From positions 1 to 43,358 of the IMG/VR virus record IMGVR_UViG_3300032257_000030: a stretch of 43,358 bases of DNA. One strand, given 5' to 3'. Shown here piece after piece: positions 25,694-34,360 of this stretch. This DNA is from a virus (lineage: Duplodnaviria; Caudoviricetes). Below the pieces are notes generated by a model. It had not been told where the DNA came from and made no database searches. It saw nothing but the letters and a program-made list of their open reading frames with translations. Position 1 is the stretch's first letter. Each line of letters opens with the position of its first letter. The position numbers were made by a program, and so were the translations under genes.

Positions 25694-26011
25694 TTACCGA
25701 TGGGTCGAGTGAGTTATCGGCGGGAAGTTATCGGCGGGTATCGCCTTTCTTAAAGCGTCGACGAGCGCTTCGAACATGCCGATTACGTCGTCTTTCGAGA
25801 CTCCTTTTTCGTAAGATGTGTCGATAGCGTTGTAGAGATAAGATTCTATCGAATCCGATAAGCTATCGAAGCAGGATCGTTGATCGACCGCTGCTGAAAA
25901 GTTGGCTCTCGCTATATCCATAGCGTCGGCGTAATAGACGGTATCGTCGCCGGACATGCCCCGCGTGATTGACTCGATCACGACTTCGGCGGCTTCGTCG
26001 ATGCTCTTCAT
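25694..26011 (-). CDS. small acidic early protein (105 aa), lower GC than its neighbours
   Basis: AAGGAAG RBS; first gene after the promoter motif. Confidence 0.75.
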   Translation of the reverse strand: MKSIDEAAEVVIESITRGMSGDDTVYYADAMDIARANFSAAVDQRSCFDSLSDSIESYLYNAIDTSYEKGVSKDDVIGMFEALVDALRKAIPADNFPPITHSTHR

Positions 26012-26029
26012 GGTGTCTTCCTTTTTGGC

Positions 26030-26080
26030 CCTGACAAATAGATATTAACCGACGGGCTACACCTTGCAAACAAAAAAACA
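26030..26080 (-). promoter_or_regulatory. leftward promoter, family copy D, with A/T tract upstream (possible UP element)
   Basis: TTGCAA-16-TAATAT on the minus strand; ggtgtagcc core. Confidence 0.7.
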
Positions 26081-26167
26081 ACGACGATTCAAAAACAGCC
26101 GGGCGCGGCTCGGCGAGTCGCCGCGACGGCGCCCGCGGTATAGTGAAGCGCTACAGGAGGTCGAGTC

Positions 26168-28312
26168 ATGCCTGAAAACGATCCCGTCGCGGCTGCTCTC
26201 GACGCTGAAGTCGCGGGCCTTCGCCGCGACGGCGCCGAGAGTGTTCCCGCCGCTATGCTGACGCTCGCGGGCCTTCGCCGCCTGGATAGCTCGATCGTTA
26301 ACGCCCTGAGCGGGCTCGGCGGCTCGAAGGATATCGGCGCCGGGTCTCGACCGAACCTGAACCGTCGCGACCTCTCATATACCGATCTGAAGAAGCTCTA
26401 TCGAACGAACGCCTACGCGAAGCGCGTCGTAAACCTTCCCGCGGGCGACGCGCTACGAAAGGGCTTTGTCGTTACAGACGGTAGCGACGAAGCCAACCCG
26501 CTGAAGCGAGAGCTTCGTCGCCTGAAGGTGTTCTCTCGGTTCGCTGAAGCGCTCAAGTGGGGATCGCTCTATGGCGGCGCCGGGATCTGGCTGATCGTCG
26601 ACGAAGAGATCCCTTCGAGCATGGCCGACGACCCGTCGCGGATCCTGGCGACGCCGCTCGACCTATCCCGCGTGCGCGCCGTGAAGAACCTCGTCGTATT
26701 CGATCGAGCCGAGGGTCAGCCCTGGCGTTTCGAGCGCTCGTCGCTCTCGGAACGATTCCGCAAGCCTTCGCTATGGCAGATCTCGCCGGGCGGGCTCGAC
26801 CAAAACGTGACCGTTCACGCTTCCCGCGTGCTCTATTTCGGCGGCGACAAGATCTCGGATTCCGAGCGCTACGAAAACGGCGGCTTCGATATGTCCGTTA
26901 TCGAGGCGGGTCGCGACGCGATCTTCAATCGAACGGCGATCGACGGCGCGGGCGCGACCCTGGCGCAACGAATCAACGTCGCTATGATGAAGATCGAAGG
27001 GCTCGGCGATATCGCCCTGAGCGATCAGAAGGACTACTTCAAGGCCCGCCTTGAAATGATCGCCGTCATGCGCTCGATCTCGAATATGGTGATCGTCGGC
27101 GAGGGCGAGAGCTACGATCAGCGGCATACGAATATCTCAGGCTGGAAAGACCTCAGTACGGACTCGAAAGAAGCGCTCTCGGCGGCTTACGGGATCCCGC
27201 TCTCGATCCTCTTCGGTCAGGCGCCGTCGGGCTTCTCGACCGACAATAAGAGCGACCGCGATACCTGGCAAAAGCGGATCAGCGCCGATCAGACGGATCG
27301 CGTATACGACAACGCCGTAACGCTCGCCGAGATCATATACGCCGCGAGCGAAGGCCCGACGAAGGGCGTTATCCCTGACGAATTCGACGTCGAATTCAAT
27401 TCGCTCGACGAGCCGACCCGCGCCGAGAAAGCCGACGTCGAGAAGACGCACGCCGAGACCGACGAGATCCGTATCAGGTCGGGCGTCACGACGGCCGAGC
27501 ACGTCGCGACCTCGCGACACGGCGAGAGCGGGTATTCAGACACCCTGAACCCTATCGACCCCGAAGACTTCGCCGGGCCCGACGAAGCCGACCTCGCGAG
27601 CCAGGTCGCCGACGAGGTCGCCCGCCGCCTGGCGAGCGCCGAGCCCGAGCCCGTCGCCGACCCTGACGACGAGCCCGCGCCAGCGCCGAAGAAGGCGCCA
27701 GCGCCCGAGCCAGCGCCGCCGCGCCGCGACGCCGTCGCCCGGGTCTTGATCGCCTTCATGCTCGACGAGCCCGCACAAGCTCAGGCGCGGGCCTTCGCCG
27801 GGTCAGCCGAGCTTACCTTCGCCGACGGCGCCTTCGAGCCCGCCGCCGGGCTCGGCGCTCATATGACCCTGCTCTATCTCGGGCGGCTCGACGCTGATCG
27901 GATCCCGGCGCTCGCCGCCCGCGCCGCCGTCGCCGTGTCTGACTTCGGCGCGACGACGCTTCGAGGTATGGGCGTCGACACCTTCGAGCCGAGCGTGAAG
28001 AGCGAAGGGCGCTCGCCCGTGATCGTTCGGGTCGACGCGACGAGCCAGCTTCGCGACATGCGCTCGCGGCTGCTCGGCGCCCTGGCTCACTTCGTAGAAG
28101 TCGAGCAGCATATCGACTATCAGCCGCACGTCACGATCGGATACCTGAACCGAGAGGTCGGCGACGACGAGCGAGCGCTACTCGCGAGCAGCGACGACGG
28201 GCGCGCTTCCTGGCGCGTCAGGTCAGCGGCGCTGATCGTCGACGGCGAGGTCGTCGCCGATATCCCGCTCGAAGGCTGGCGCCGCGACGGCGGCGAGCCC
28301 GCCGCGAAGTGA
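26168..28312 (+). CDS. portal protein (DUF1073 type) fused to a C-terminal 2H phosphoesterase (Acb1/LigT-like)
   Basis: LY..N..AKRVV..PA.DALRKG, LYGG, VHASRVL.F.G, IP...LFGQAP.G portal motifs; Pro/Ala linker; HMTL (27860) and HVTI (28127). Confidence 0.9.
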   Translation: MPENDPVAAALDAEVAGLRRDGAESVPAAMLTLAGLRRLDSSIVNALSGLGGSKDIGAGSRPNLNRRDLSYTDLKKLYRTNAYAKRVVNLPAGDALRKGFVVTDGSDEANPLKRELRRLKVFSRFAEALKWGSLYGGAGIWLIVDEEIPSSMADDPSRILATPLDLSRVRAVKNLVVFDRAEGQPWRFERSSLSERFRKPSLWQISPGGLDQNVTVHASRVLYFGGDKISDSERYENGGFDMSVIEAGRDAIFNRTAIDGAGATLAQRINVAMMKIEGLGDIALSDQKDYFKARLEMIAVMRSISNMVIVGEGESYDQRHTNISGWKDLSTDSKEALSAAYGIPLSILFGQAPSGFSTDNKSDRDTWQKRISADQTDRVYDNAVTLAEIIYAASEGPTKGVIPDEFDVEFNSLDEPTRAEKADVEKTHAETDEIRIRSGVTTAEHVATSRHGESGYSDTLNPIDPEDFAGPDEADLASQVADEVARRLASAEPEPVADPDDEPAPAPKKAPAPEPAPPRRDAVARVLIAFMLDEPAQAQARAFAGSAELTFADGAFEPAAGLGAHMTLLYLGRLDADRIPALAARAAVAVSDFGATTLRGMGVDTFEPSVKSEGRSPVIVRVDATSQLRDMRSRLLGALAHFVEVEQHIDYQPHVTIGYLNREVGDDERALLASSDDGRASWRVRSAALIVDGEVVADIPLEGWRRDGGEPAAK

Positions 28313-29100
28313 GACTCGACGCCCGGCGGCGGGTCGCGAAGCCCGCCTTTCCTGGCGCGCCTGAGCGCCAGTATTCCCGATACCTCGTCGGGCGGGCGAA
28401 CCTTCGCGCCAGGGTCGCCCGCGAAGTCGTGCTCGGTCGTGCCCGGGCGATCGGCGTCGACGAGCGACGCCGCCGCGACAACGTCGAGCAGGTCTCGATA
28501 CTCGAAGCGATCAAGATCGCGAGCGTCGCCTTCGACGAGAGGGCGGCGATCCCGCTCTCGATCCTCTCTCGGGTCGCCATGGCGACCGACGTTCATGTCG
28601 CGGGCCAAACGAGAAACGCCGTTCGCTCGGCGCTGGCGATCGGGCTTCCCGCCGTCGACCCGCGCCAGCTTGATCTATTCGTCCCGAATCGACCGCTCTT
28701 CGAGGTCTTCGCCGAAGACAACGTCGCCCTAATCAAAGGGCTCGACGAGCGATACTTCGCCGACCTGGCGAAGCGGGCTCTAAAGACGACCGAGCGCGGC
28801 GCGTCGCTGGCTGACCTTCGAGCCGACCTTCACGCGGCGCTCGGCGGCTCGAAGCGGCGCTCGGCGTTCATTGCCCGAGATCAGGTCGGCACCCTGAACG
28901 CTCAGATCACCCGAGCACGGTTCGAGGCGATCGGCGTCGGCGCCTATATATGGTCGACGAGCGGCGACGGGAACGTAAGACCCGAGCACGTCGAGCGCGA
29001 CGGGCGGGTCATTCGTTACAGCGACCCGCCAGACGACGGGCACGCGGGCGCCGCTATCGGTTGTCGTTGTGTTCAGCGGGCGTATTTTGGCGCCCTGTAG
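28309..29100 (+). CDS. minor head protein (Mu gpF/SPP1 gp7 family)
   Basis: FIARDQ...LN, YIWSTSGD..VRPEH, GCRC. Confidence 0.9.
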   Translation: MRLDARRRVAKPAFPGAPERQYSRYLVGRANLRARVAREVVLGRARAIGVDERRRRDNVEQVSILEAIKIASVAFDERAAIPLSILSRVAMATDVHVAGQTRNAVRSALAIGLPAVDPRQLDLFVPNRPLFEVFAEDNVALIKGLDERYFADLAKRALKTTERGASLADLRADLHAALGGSKRRSAFIARDQVGTLNAQITRARFEAIGVGAYIWSTSGDGNVRPEHVERDGRVIRYSDPPDDGHAGAAIGCRCVQRAYFGAL

Positions 29101-29102
29101 TT

Positions 29103-29131
29103 TTGACGCTGGCGCCGCGGTGGTGTAAGAA
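29103..29131 (+). promoter_or_regulatory. possible internal promoter for head genes
   Basis: TTGACG-17-TAAGAA in the intergenic gap. Confidence 0.4.
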
Positions 29132-29150
29132 GGATCGAAGAGGTCTTGAC

Positions 29151-30371
29151 GTGAAAACAATCGCGACGAAGCGACGCGACGAAGCCAGCGAGGGGATCCC
29201 GCCTGGCGTCGCTGCTTCCCGCCGAGACCGGGCGATCAACCTTTCGCCGCCCGTCGAGACCGCTGAAGGCTTTCTTCGCTTCGAAGGCTTCATAGCGAAA
29301 CCGGGCGGGCTGACCTACGCGAACCGCGGCGGCGGCTCTCGGGTCGAGCTTGTCAGGCCCGAGACCCTTCACGACCCTTCGTCGCTCTCGACCCTGGCTC
29401 TAAAGCCCGTCGTCTTAGAGCATCCGATCGAAGGCGGGCGTCAAGTCGACGTCACGCCCGAAAACTACCAGCGACACGCCGTCGGAACGGTCGGCGAGTC
29501 CTGGGAAGTCATGCCCGACGGGCGCGTGAAGTTTGGCTTCATGGTTACGGCGAAGAAGGCAATCGACGCGATTCGCCGTCATGGCGTGCGCCAGCTTTCG
29601 CCAGGATACGACCTGCTATACGTCGCGAAGCCGGGCGTCGATAAGGTCTTCGGCCGCTTCGACGGCGAGCAGCGAAACCGGGTTTATAATCACCTTGCAT
29701 TGACTTTGCGCGCCCGCGGCGGCGACGATATCGGCTTCAGGGCTGATTCGCAGATCCCGCGGGCTCTTCCCCGCTCGCTCTCATTAGGAGGTATCCCCGT
29801 GCATCCCCTCTTCGCGATCCTCGCCGCTATGAGCGTCGACCCGACGATCATCGATTCCGCTCGCCAGCGTTACGACGCGCTACCCGCCGAGAGTCAGCCC
29901 GAGAAGCGGGCCGACGCGCTCGACGCTCAGGTCGAGACCCTGAAGGCGGATCTCGCCGCCGAGAAGAAGCGGGCCGACGACGCCGTCGCCCTGACGACCG
30001 ACGACGCCATGCTCGCCGCCTTCGAGCGCCGCGATTCCCTGCTCGGGCTCGCCCGCGCGCACCGGATCGACGCCGCCGACGTCGGGCTCGTCGGGCTCGG
30101 GAACGACGCCCTCGCGAAGAAGCTCGCCCTCGCGATCGACGACGGGCTGACCGACGAGAGCAGCGCCGCCGACGTCGACGCGACGCTTCGTCACGCCATG
30201 AAGCGGGCCGACGGCGAGAAGGGTCGCGCCGACTCTTCTCGCGCCTATGACACAGCGAAGGTCAGCGACAAGCCGCCCGAGCGCACGCGGCGCGACGGCG
30301 ACGGCGAGAAGCGCGTCGATTCGAGCGCTTCCTTCTTCGACCGGATCGCGAAGGCTCGCTCGGCGACCTGA
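29151..30371 (+). CDS. prohead protease/scaffold (DUF2213 type)
   Basis: T.EGFL, KPVVLEHP, QLSPGY, NHLAL..RARGG, then a helical C-half. Start GTG 29151 after GAGGT. Confidence 0.88.
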   Translation: MKTIATKRRDEASEGIPPGVAASRRDRAINLSPPVETAEGFLRFEGFIAKPGGLTYANRGGGSRVELVRPETLHDPSSLSTLALKPVVLEHPIEGGRQVDVTPENYQRHAVGTVGESWEVMPDGRVKFGFMVTAKKAIDAIRRHGVRQLSPGYDLLYVAKPGVDKVFGRFDGEQRNRVYNHLALTLRARGGDDIGFRADSQIPRALPRSLSLGGIPVHPLFAILAAMSVDPTIIDSARQRYDALPAESQPEKRADALDAQVETLKADLAAEKKRADDAVALTTDDAMLAAFERRDSLLGLARAHRIDAADVGLVGLGNDALAKKLALAIDDGLTDESSAADVDATLRHAMKRADGEKGRADSSRAYDTAKVSDKPPERTRRDGDGEKRVDSSASFFDRIAKARSAT

Positions 30372-30441
30372 TCCCCTTTCGCGCTGACCTTCGGCGCGTG
30401 CTACCCTTTCAGACGAAACCACCCTTCGACGAGGTCTTCAA

Positions 30442-31548
30442 ATGTCGACAATTTCAGTTATGGCTCATCAGGTTCGTAGCCGCCCGGGCGACGCCATTCT
30501 CGGCGAGCGCCGGTCGACCTCGAAGACCGACGACGATCGCTCCTACGTGAACGCCTACCCGCAAGCGAAGCGGTCTGATACCCTCCAGATCACGGGCGCG
30601 ACGAACGCGAAGACCTACTCGGTCCTGATCAACCTGATCGTGGTCAGCTACACGGCGAGCGGCGCCGCGGTCGTCGCCGAGATCGCCGACGGTCTCGCCG
30701 CCGCGATCGGCGCCGAAGGTTCCGTGAACGCCAGCGTGACCGCGACGAGCGACGGGATCGACACGATCACGATCGTCTCGAACAACTTCGGGATCGACTA
30801 CTCGATCAGCGAGTCTGACGCTCAGATCACGCTCGCCAGCGTGACCGCGAACGCGACCGCGGACGAGGTCGGCTTCGGCGTCGCGGTCTTCGTGACCGGC
30901 GAAGACGATATCGCCGGGATCATGGCGACCCTGGCGAAGAGCGCCAGCTTCACCGCTCAGATCGACACGATCACGCCTACGCACGTCGCCAGCGGCGAGT
31001 ATCACTTCGCCGTGATCTATGACGGGCTGACCTACACGGGCGCCAGCGACGCGGGCGTCGATCAGGCGGCGACGTCGGCGGCGCTGATCGCCGCGCTCGA
31101 AGACGTGCTCGACGCTTTGCCCGTCACGGTCTCGGCGAGCGGCGCCGACTGCCTGATCACCGCTGACACGGCGGGCGATTCCTTCGACGTGTCCGTTTGG
31201 GGCGTCGACGGCGGCGGCGGGCTTCCCGCGCCCGCCCTGGCTTCGACCCGCTCGCTCTCGACCTCTCTCGCCGACGCCTTCGGCGGCGCCGCCGAGCGGT
31301 CTTACGCGGTCGAAGGGTCGGTCTACCCGGCTAACTTCGGCTTCAGCGCCCGCCTTCACGGCGAGATCTGGGTCGCCGACGCCGACGGCGTTAGCAAGGG
31401 CGACCGGGTCTTCGTCGACGGCGCCGACGGCACCTTCAGGAACGCCGCCGCCGCTGGCCGGATCCCGCTTCCCGCGGCGAAGGCCCGCTTCGGCGGCGCG
31501 TCTCGGGACTCGGGCGACGCCCTCGCCTGGCTCGACCTGAGCTTCTAA
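30442..31548 (+). CDS. head decoration/cement protein with two inserted repeated domains
   Basis: Between scaffold and capsid; FGVAV and GEIWV...GDRVFV motifs. Confidence 0.7.
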   Translation: MSTISVMAHQVRSRPGDAILGERRSTSKTDDDRSYVNAYPQAKRSDTLQITGATNAKTYSVLINLIVVSYTASGAAVVAEIADGLAAAIGAEGSVNASVTATSDGIDTITIVSNNFGIDYSISESDAQITLASVTANATADEVGFGVAVFVTGEDDIAGIMATLAKSASFTAQIDTITPTHVASGEYHFAVIYDGLTYTGASDAGVDQAATSAALIAALEDVLDALPVTVSASGADCLITADTAGDSFDVSVWGVDGGGGLPAPALASTRSLSTSLADAFGGAAERSYAVEGSVYPANFGFSARLHGEIWVADADGVSKGDRVFVDGADGTFRNAAAAGRIPLPAAKARFGGASRDSGDALAWLDLSF

Positions 31549-31609
31549 GCTTTCACGCTTCTTCGGCGCTGAAGAGCGCTTCACCTTCTGTCTTCGACGA
31601 GGTTCTAAA

Positions 31610-32716
31610 ATGGTCGCGAATCCTGCATATCTCGACGCGAACACGGGCGGCGCCTGGGAAGGCCCGCTCATGCTCGGCGCCGCTCTCGCCGCCGCTCATG
31701 GCCTCTTCGGCATGCGCGCCGACGCCGCCGACCGCTACCGCGGCGAGCACTTCGCGAGCCGCGCCGACGCGATCTATGGGAGCCTCAGCGACGACGCCCG
31801 CCGCGACGCCGCCTTCGATCTCGGCGACGGCTTTCACCTTCAGAACGATCTGAAGCACGTTCACGCGAAGGTGCTCGACGAGCCCTTCACCGTACCGTCG
31901 GCCCTGCTGCTCTTCGCGACCGACACGTCGGTTCCCGTCGGCGCGACGACCCACGAAGTGCGCCGGGTCGGCAAGCGCGGGAAGGCGACGATCTACCGTC
32001 GCGGCGAGCCCGTGAAGCTCGTCAGCGTGAACCAGAAAGCCGAGAGCTTCCCGATCCGGCACGTCGTCGACGGCTTCGGGATCGACATGTTCTCGCTCAT
32101 GTCGAGCCGCTTCGCCGGGTCGCAGATCTACGCCCGCGGTCTTCGGGCCGCTCGCGAGGTCGTCGTCGACACCCTGAACGAGATCGCATGGTACGGGAAC
32201 GAGCCCGCGGGCCTGAAGGGCGTTCTAACGTTCCCCTGGCTCGCGAAGCTGACCCTCTCGACTTCCTTCGATCGCTCGGTCAGCGCCGCCGCGGGCGCCG
32301 CGCTCATGCTCGCCGCCCTGAACCGGGTCGCCAGCTACCCGCACGACAAGAGCAAGGGCGCCGCGAGCCCGAATCGCATGTGCATGTCGCCGCGCCTTCG
32401 GTCGATCGTCTTCGAAACGCTCATGCCCGACACGGGTAAGAGCGTCGGAAAGGTCTTCCTTGAAAACCATGCGACTATCAAGTCGATCGACGAAGCGGCC
32501 GAGTTGCAGGAGGCGGGCCCGGGCTCGACCGACGGGATTCTCGTTTGGCGCGACTCGGTCGACTCGCTCGCCGTCGTCATGCCACAGGGCTTCACGTCCC
32601 TTCCCGCTCAGAAGCAGGGCTTCGAAGAGGTCGTCTATGGCTACGCTTCGACGGGCGGCGTTACCATGCACAACGCCATGAACAACGCGCTCGCCTGGGT
32701 TACCGCGGTCGAGTAG
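31610..32716 (+). CDS. major capsid protein (DUF2184 type, HK97 fold)
   Basis: Position; LNEIAWYG...GLKGVL; STGGV near the C-terminus; strongest codon bias. Confidence 0.9.
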   Translation: MVANPAYLDANTGGAWEGPLMLGAALAAAHGLFGMRADAADRYRGEHFASRADAIYGSLSDDARRDAAFDLGDGFHLQNDLKHVHAKVLDEPFTVPSALLLFATDTSVPVGATTHEVRRVGKRGKATIYRRGEPVKLVSVNQKAESFPIRHVVDGFGIDMFSLMSSRFAGSQIYARGLRAAREVVVDTLNEIAWYGNEPAGLKGVLTFPWLAKLTLSTSFDRSVSAAAGAALMLAALNRVASYPHDKSKGAASPNRMCMSPRLRSIVFETLMPDTGKSVGKVFLENHATIKSIDEAAELQEAGPGSTDGILVWRDSVDSLAVVMPQGFTSLPAQKQGFEEVVYGYASTGGVTMHNAMNNALAWVTAVE

Positions 32717-32736
32717 CGCTTCAGCGTCGGATAGCG

Positions 32737-32785
32737 CGCCAGGCGCCGGGCTTCTCTCGGCGCTGGCTCGCTGGCTTGCTTCTCT
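32737..32785 (+). terminator. hairpin/terminator after the capsid gene
   Basis: gcgccg-ggcttctct-cggcgc stem extended by ccag/ctgg; pyrimidine tract follows. Confidence 0.55.
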
Positions 32786-32835
32786 AATCCCCTTCACCCG
32801 TCGCGAGGGCGACGACACTTCACCGGGGTAAATAC

Positions 32836-33135
32836 ATGTCAGTATGGATCGAGGTCGAGAACCGCGACGAAGACACGAAGGCGATCGAGGTCGCCTTCGA
32901 CGGCGAGGTTCCCGCCGACTGGCGCGCCGAGCTTTCGCGTCAGATCAAGACGAAGCGAGGCGTCGTCGTCTTGACCTTCGGATCGAAGCTCGACGAAGGG
33001 CACGCGGATCCCGCCGTGCCCCTTCCCCGGTTTTCCGTTCCGGAGGATCTTTGGATTGCGGCTAAGAAGTCTCGGGTCGTTCAGGGTTGGCTCGCAAAGC
33101 GAAACCTGACCGAGTCGGGTCAGCGCATGCGCTGA
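32836..33135 (+). CDS. hypothetical head-associated protein (99 aa)
   Basis: Position after the capsid gene; GGGG RBS. Confidence 0.65.
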   Translation: MSVWIEVENRDEDTKAIEVAFDGEVPADWRAELSRQIKTKRGVVVLTFGSKLDEGHADPAVPLPRFSVPEDLWIAAKKSRVVQGWLAKRNLTESGQRMR

Positions 33136-33136
33136 C

Positions 33137-33532
33137 ATGGCGAGCGCCGCCATAATCGCGAAGGTCAAGGCGATTCCTGAATTCGCGGCTCTCGACGACG
33201 CCGACGCGACGCTCGAAGCCGCGGTCGACCTCGCCGTAATCGCGCATTCGTCGACGCCATGGGGCGCCGTGTATGTTCACGCTATGGCGTTTTACGCGGC
33301 GCACCTTCTGAAGACGACCTTCGCCGACGACGACGGCGAAGGCGCCCTCGCCGCGGGCGGCGTGACCTCGAAGAAGGCTCGCGACCTGAGCGAAGGATAC
33401 GGCGCCGCCGCGAGCGGTTCAGACACCCTGAGCGACCGGATCCTTTCGACGACGAGATACGGTCGGCAGTATGTCGCCCTGAAGCGGACCCGGGCCGCGG
33501 GTCGCGCTGGTATCGTCTCGATCGGTTTGTAG
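33137..33532 (+). CDS. head-tail adaptor (DUF4054 type)
   Basis: PEF, AAHLL, TRYGRQY. Confidence 0.85.
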   Translation: MASAAIIAKVKAIPEFAALDDADATLEAAVDLAVIAHSSTPWGAVYVHAMAFYAAHLLKTTFADDDGEGALAAGGVTSKKARDLSEGYGAAASGSDTLSDRILSTTRYGRQYVALKRTRAAGRAGIVSIGL

Positions 33533-33533
33533 C

Positions 33534-34016
33534 GTGTCGGGCGTCGTCGACCGGGATCTCGGCTATGCCGATCTGCTCGACTTCCTTCGCGGCGTCGACG
33601 ACGCCGCGCCCGGTATCTATGTCGGCGTTCGTTCCGGGCAGGGCGCCGAGCAGGTCGAAGGCGGCGACCTGACGCTCGCCGGGCTCGCCGCCGTTCACGA
33701 ATTCGGCTCGCCCGCTCAGGGGATACCCGAGCGGTCGTTTTTGCGCTCGACGGTCGACGCTGGCGCGCTCGACTACTCGGGCGAGCTTGTCGACGCGCTA
33801 TCGCGAGGTCTCGACGGGAAGGGCGACCTTCGCGCCGCCGCCGCGAAGCTCGGCGCTCGCATGGCGGGCGACGTCCAGCAAAGGATCGCCGATCGGATAG
33901 CGCCAGACCTGAAGCCCGCGACGGTCGCGGCGAAGGTCGCCGGGCGCGACGTGCCGCTCGTCGATACGGGTCGACTTCGACAGGCGATAGATAGCGAGGT
34001 TAGATTCGAGAAATGA
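33534..34016 (+). CDS. neck/tail completion protein
   Basis: HEFG...IPERSFLRST and PLVDTGRL. Confidence 0.85.
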   Translation: MSGVVDRDLGYADLLDFLRGVDDAAPGIYVGVRSGQGAEQVEGGDLTLAGLAAVHEFGSPAQGIPERSFLRSTVDAGALDYSGELVDALSRGLDGKGDLRAAAAKLGARMAGDVQQRIADRIAPDLKPATVAAKVAGRDVPLVDTGRLRQAIDSEVRFEK

Positions 34017-34360
34017 GCATTCTCGGGCGAGAGAAGATTACGCGGCGACGCTTCGCCGCGGATACAAGGGGCGCCGACGGGCGCACGGTGAAGGGCGCCG
34101 CCGTCGACGTGATCGTATGGGCGAGCGTCCAGCCAGCCAGCGACGACGACCTTCAGACGTTGCCCGAAGGCGAGCGGTCGCGCCAGGCGAAAACCCTGCT
34201 CTCGAAGAGCGAGCTTCGCGTCGCCGACGAAGAGCTTCGCCTTCCCGCCGATCACGCGCTGATCGACGGCGACGTCTTCGAGGTTCGTCGGGTCAGCCGC
34301 GAGCGGGCGATCTTGCCGCACTATCGAGCGGTCGTCGTCAAGCTTCAGGAAGCCGAATGA
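34013..34360 (+). CDS. head closure protein
   Basis: ASVQP...LQ.LPEGER; HYR. Confidence 0.8.
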   Translation: MSILGREKITRRRFAADTRGADGRTVKGAAVDVIVWASVQPASDDDLQTLPEGERSRQAKTLLSKSELRVADEELRLPADHALIDGDVFEVRRVSRERAILPHYRAVVVKLQEAE

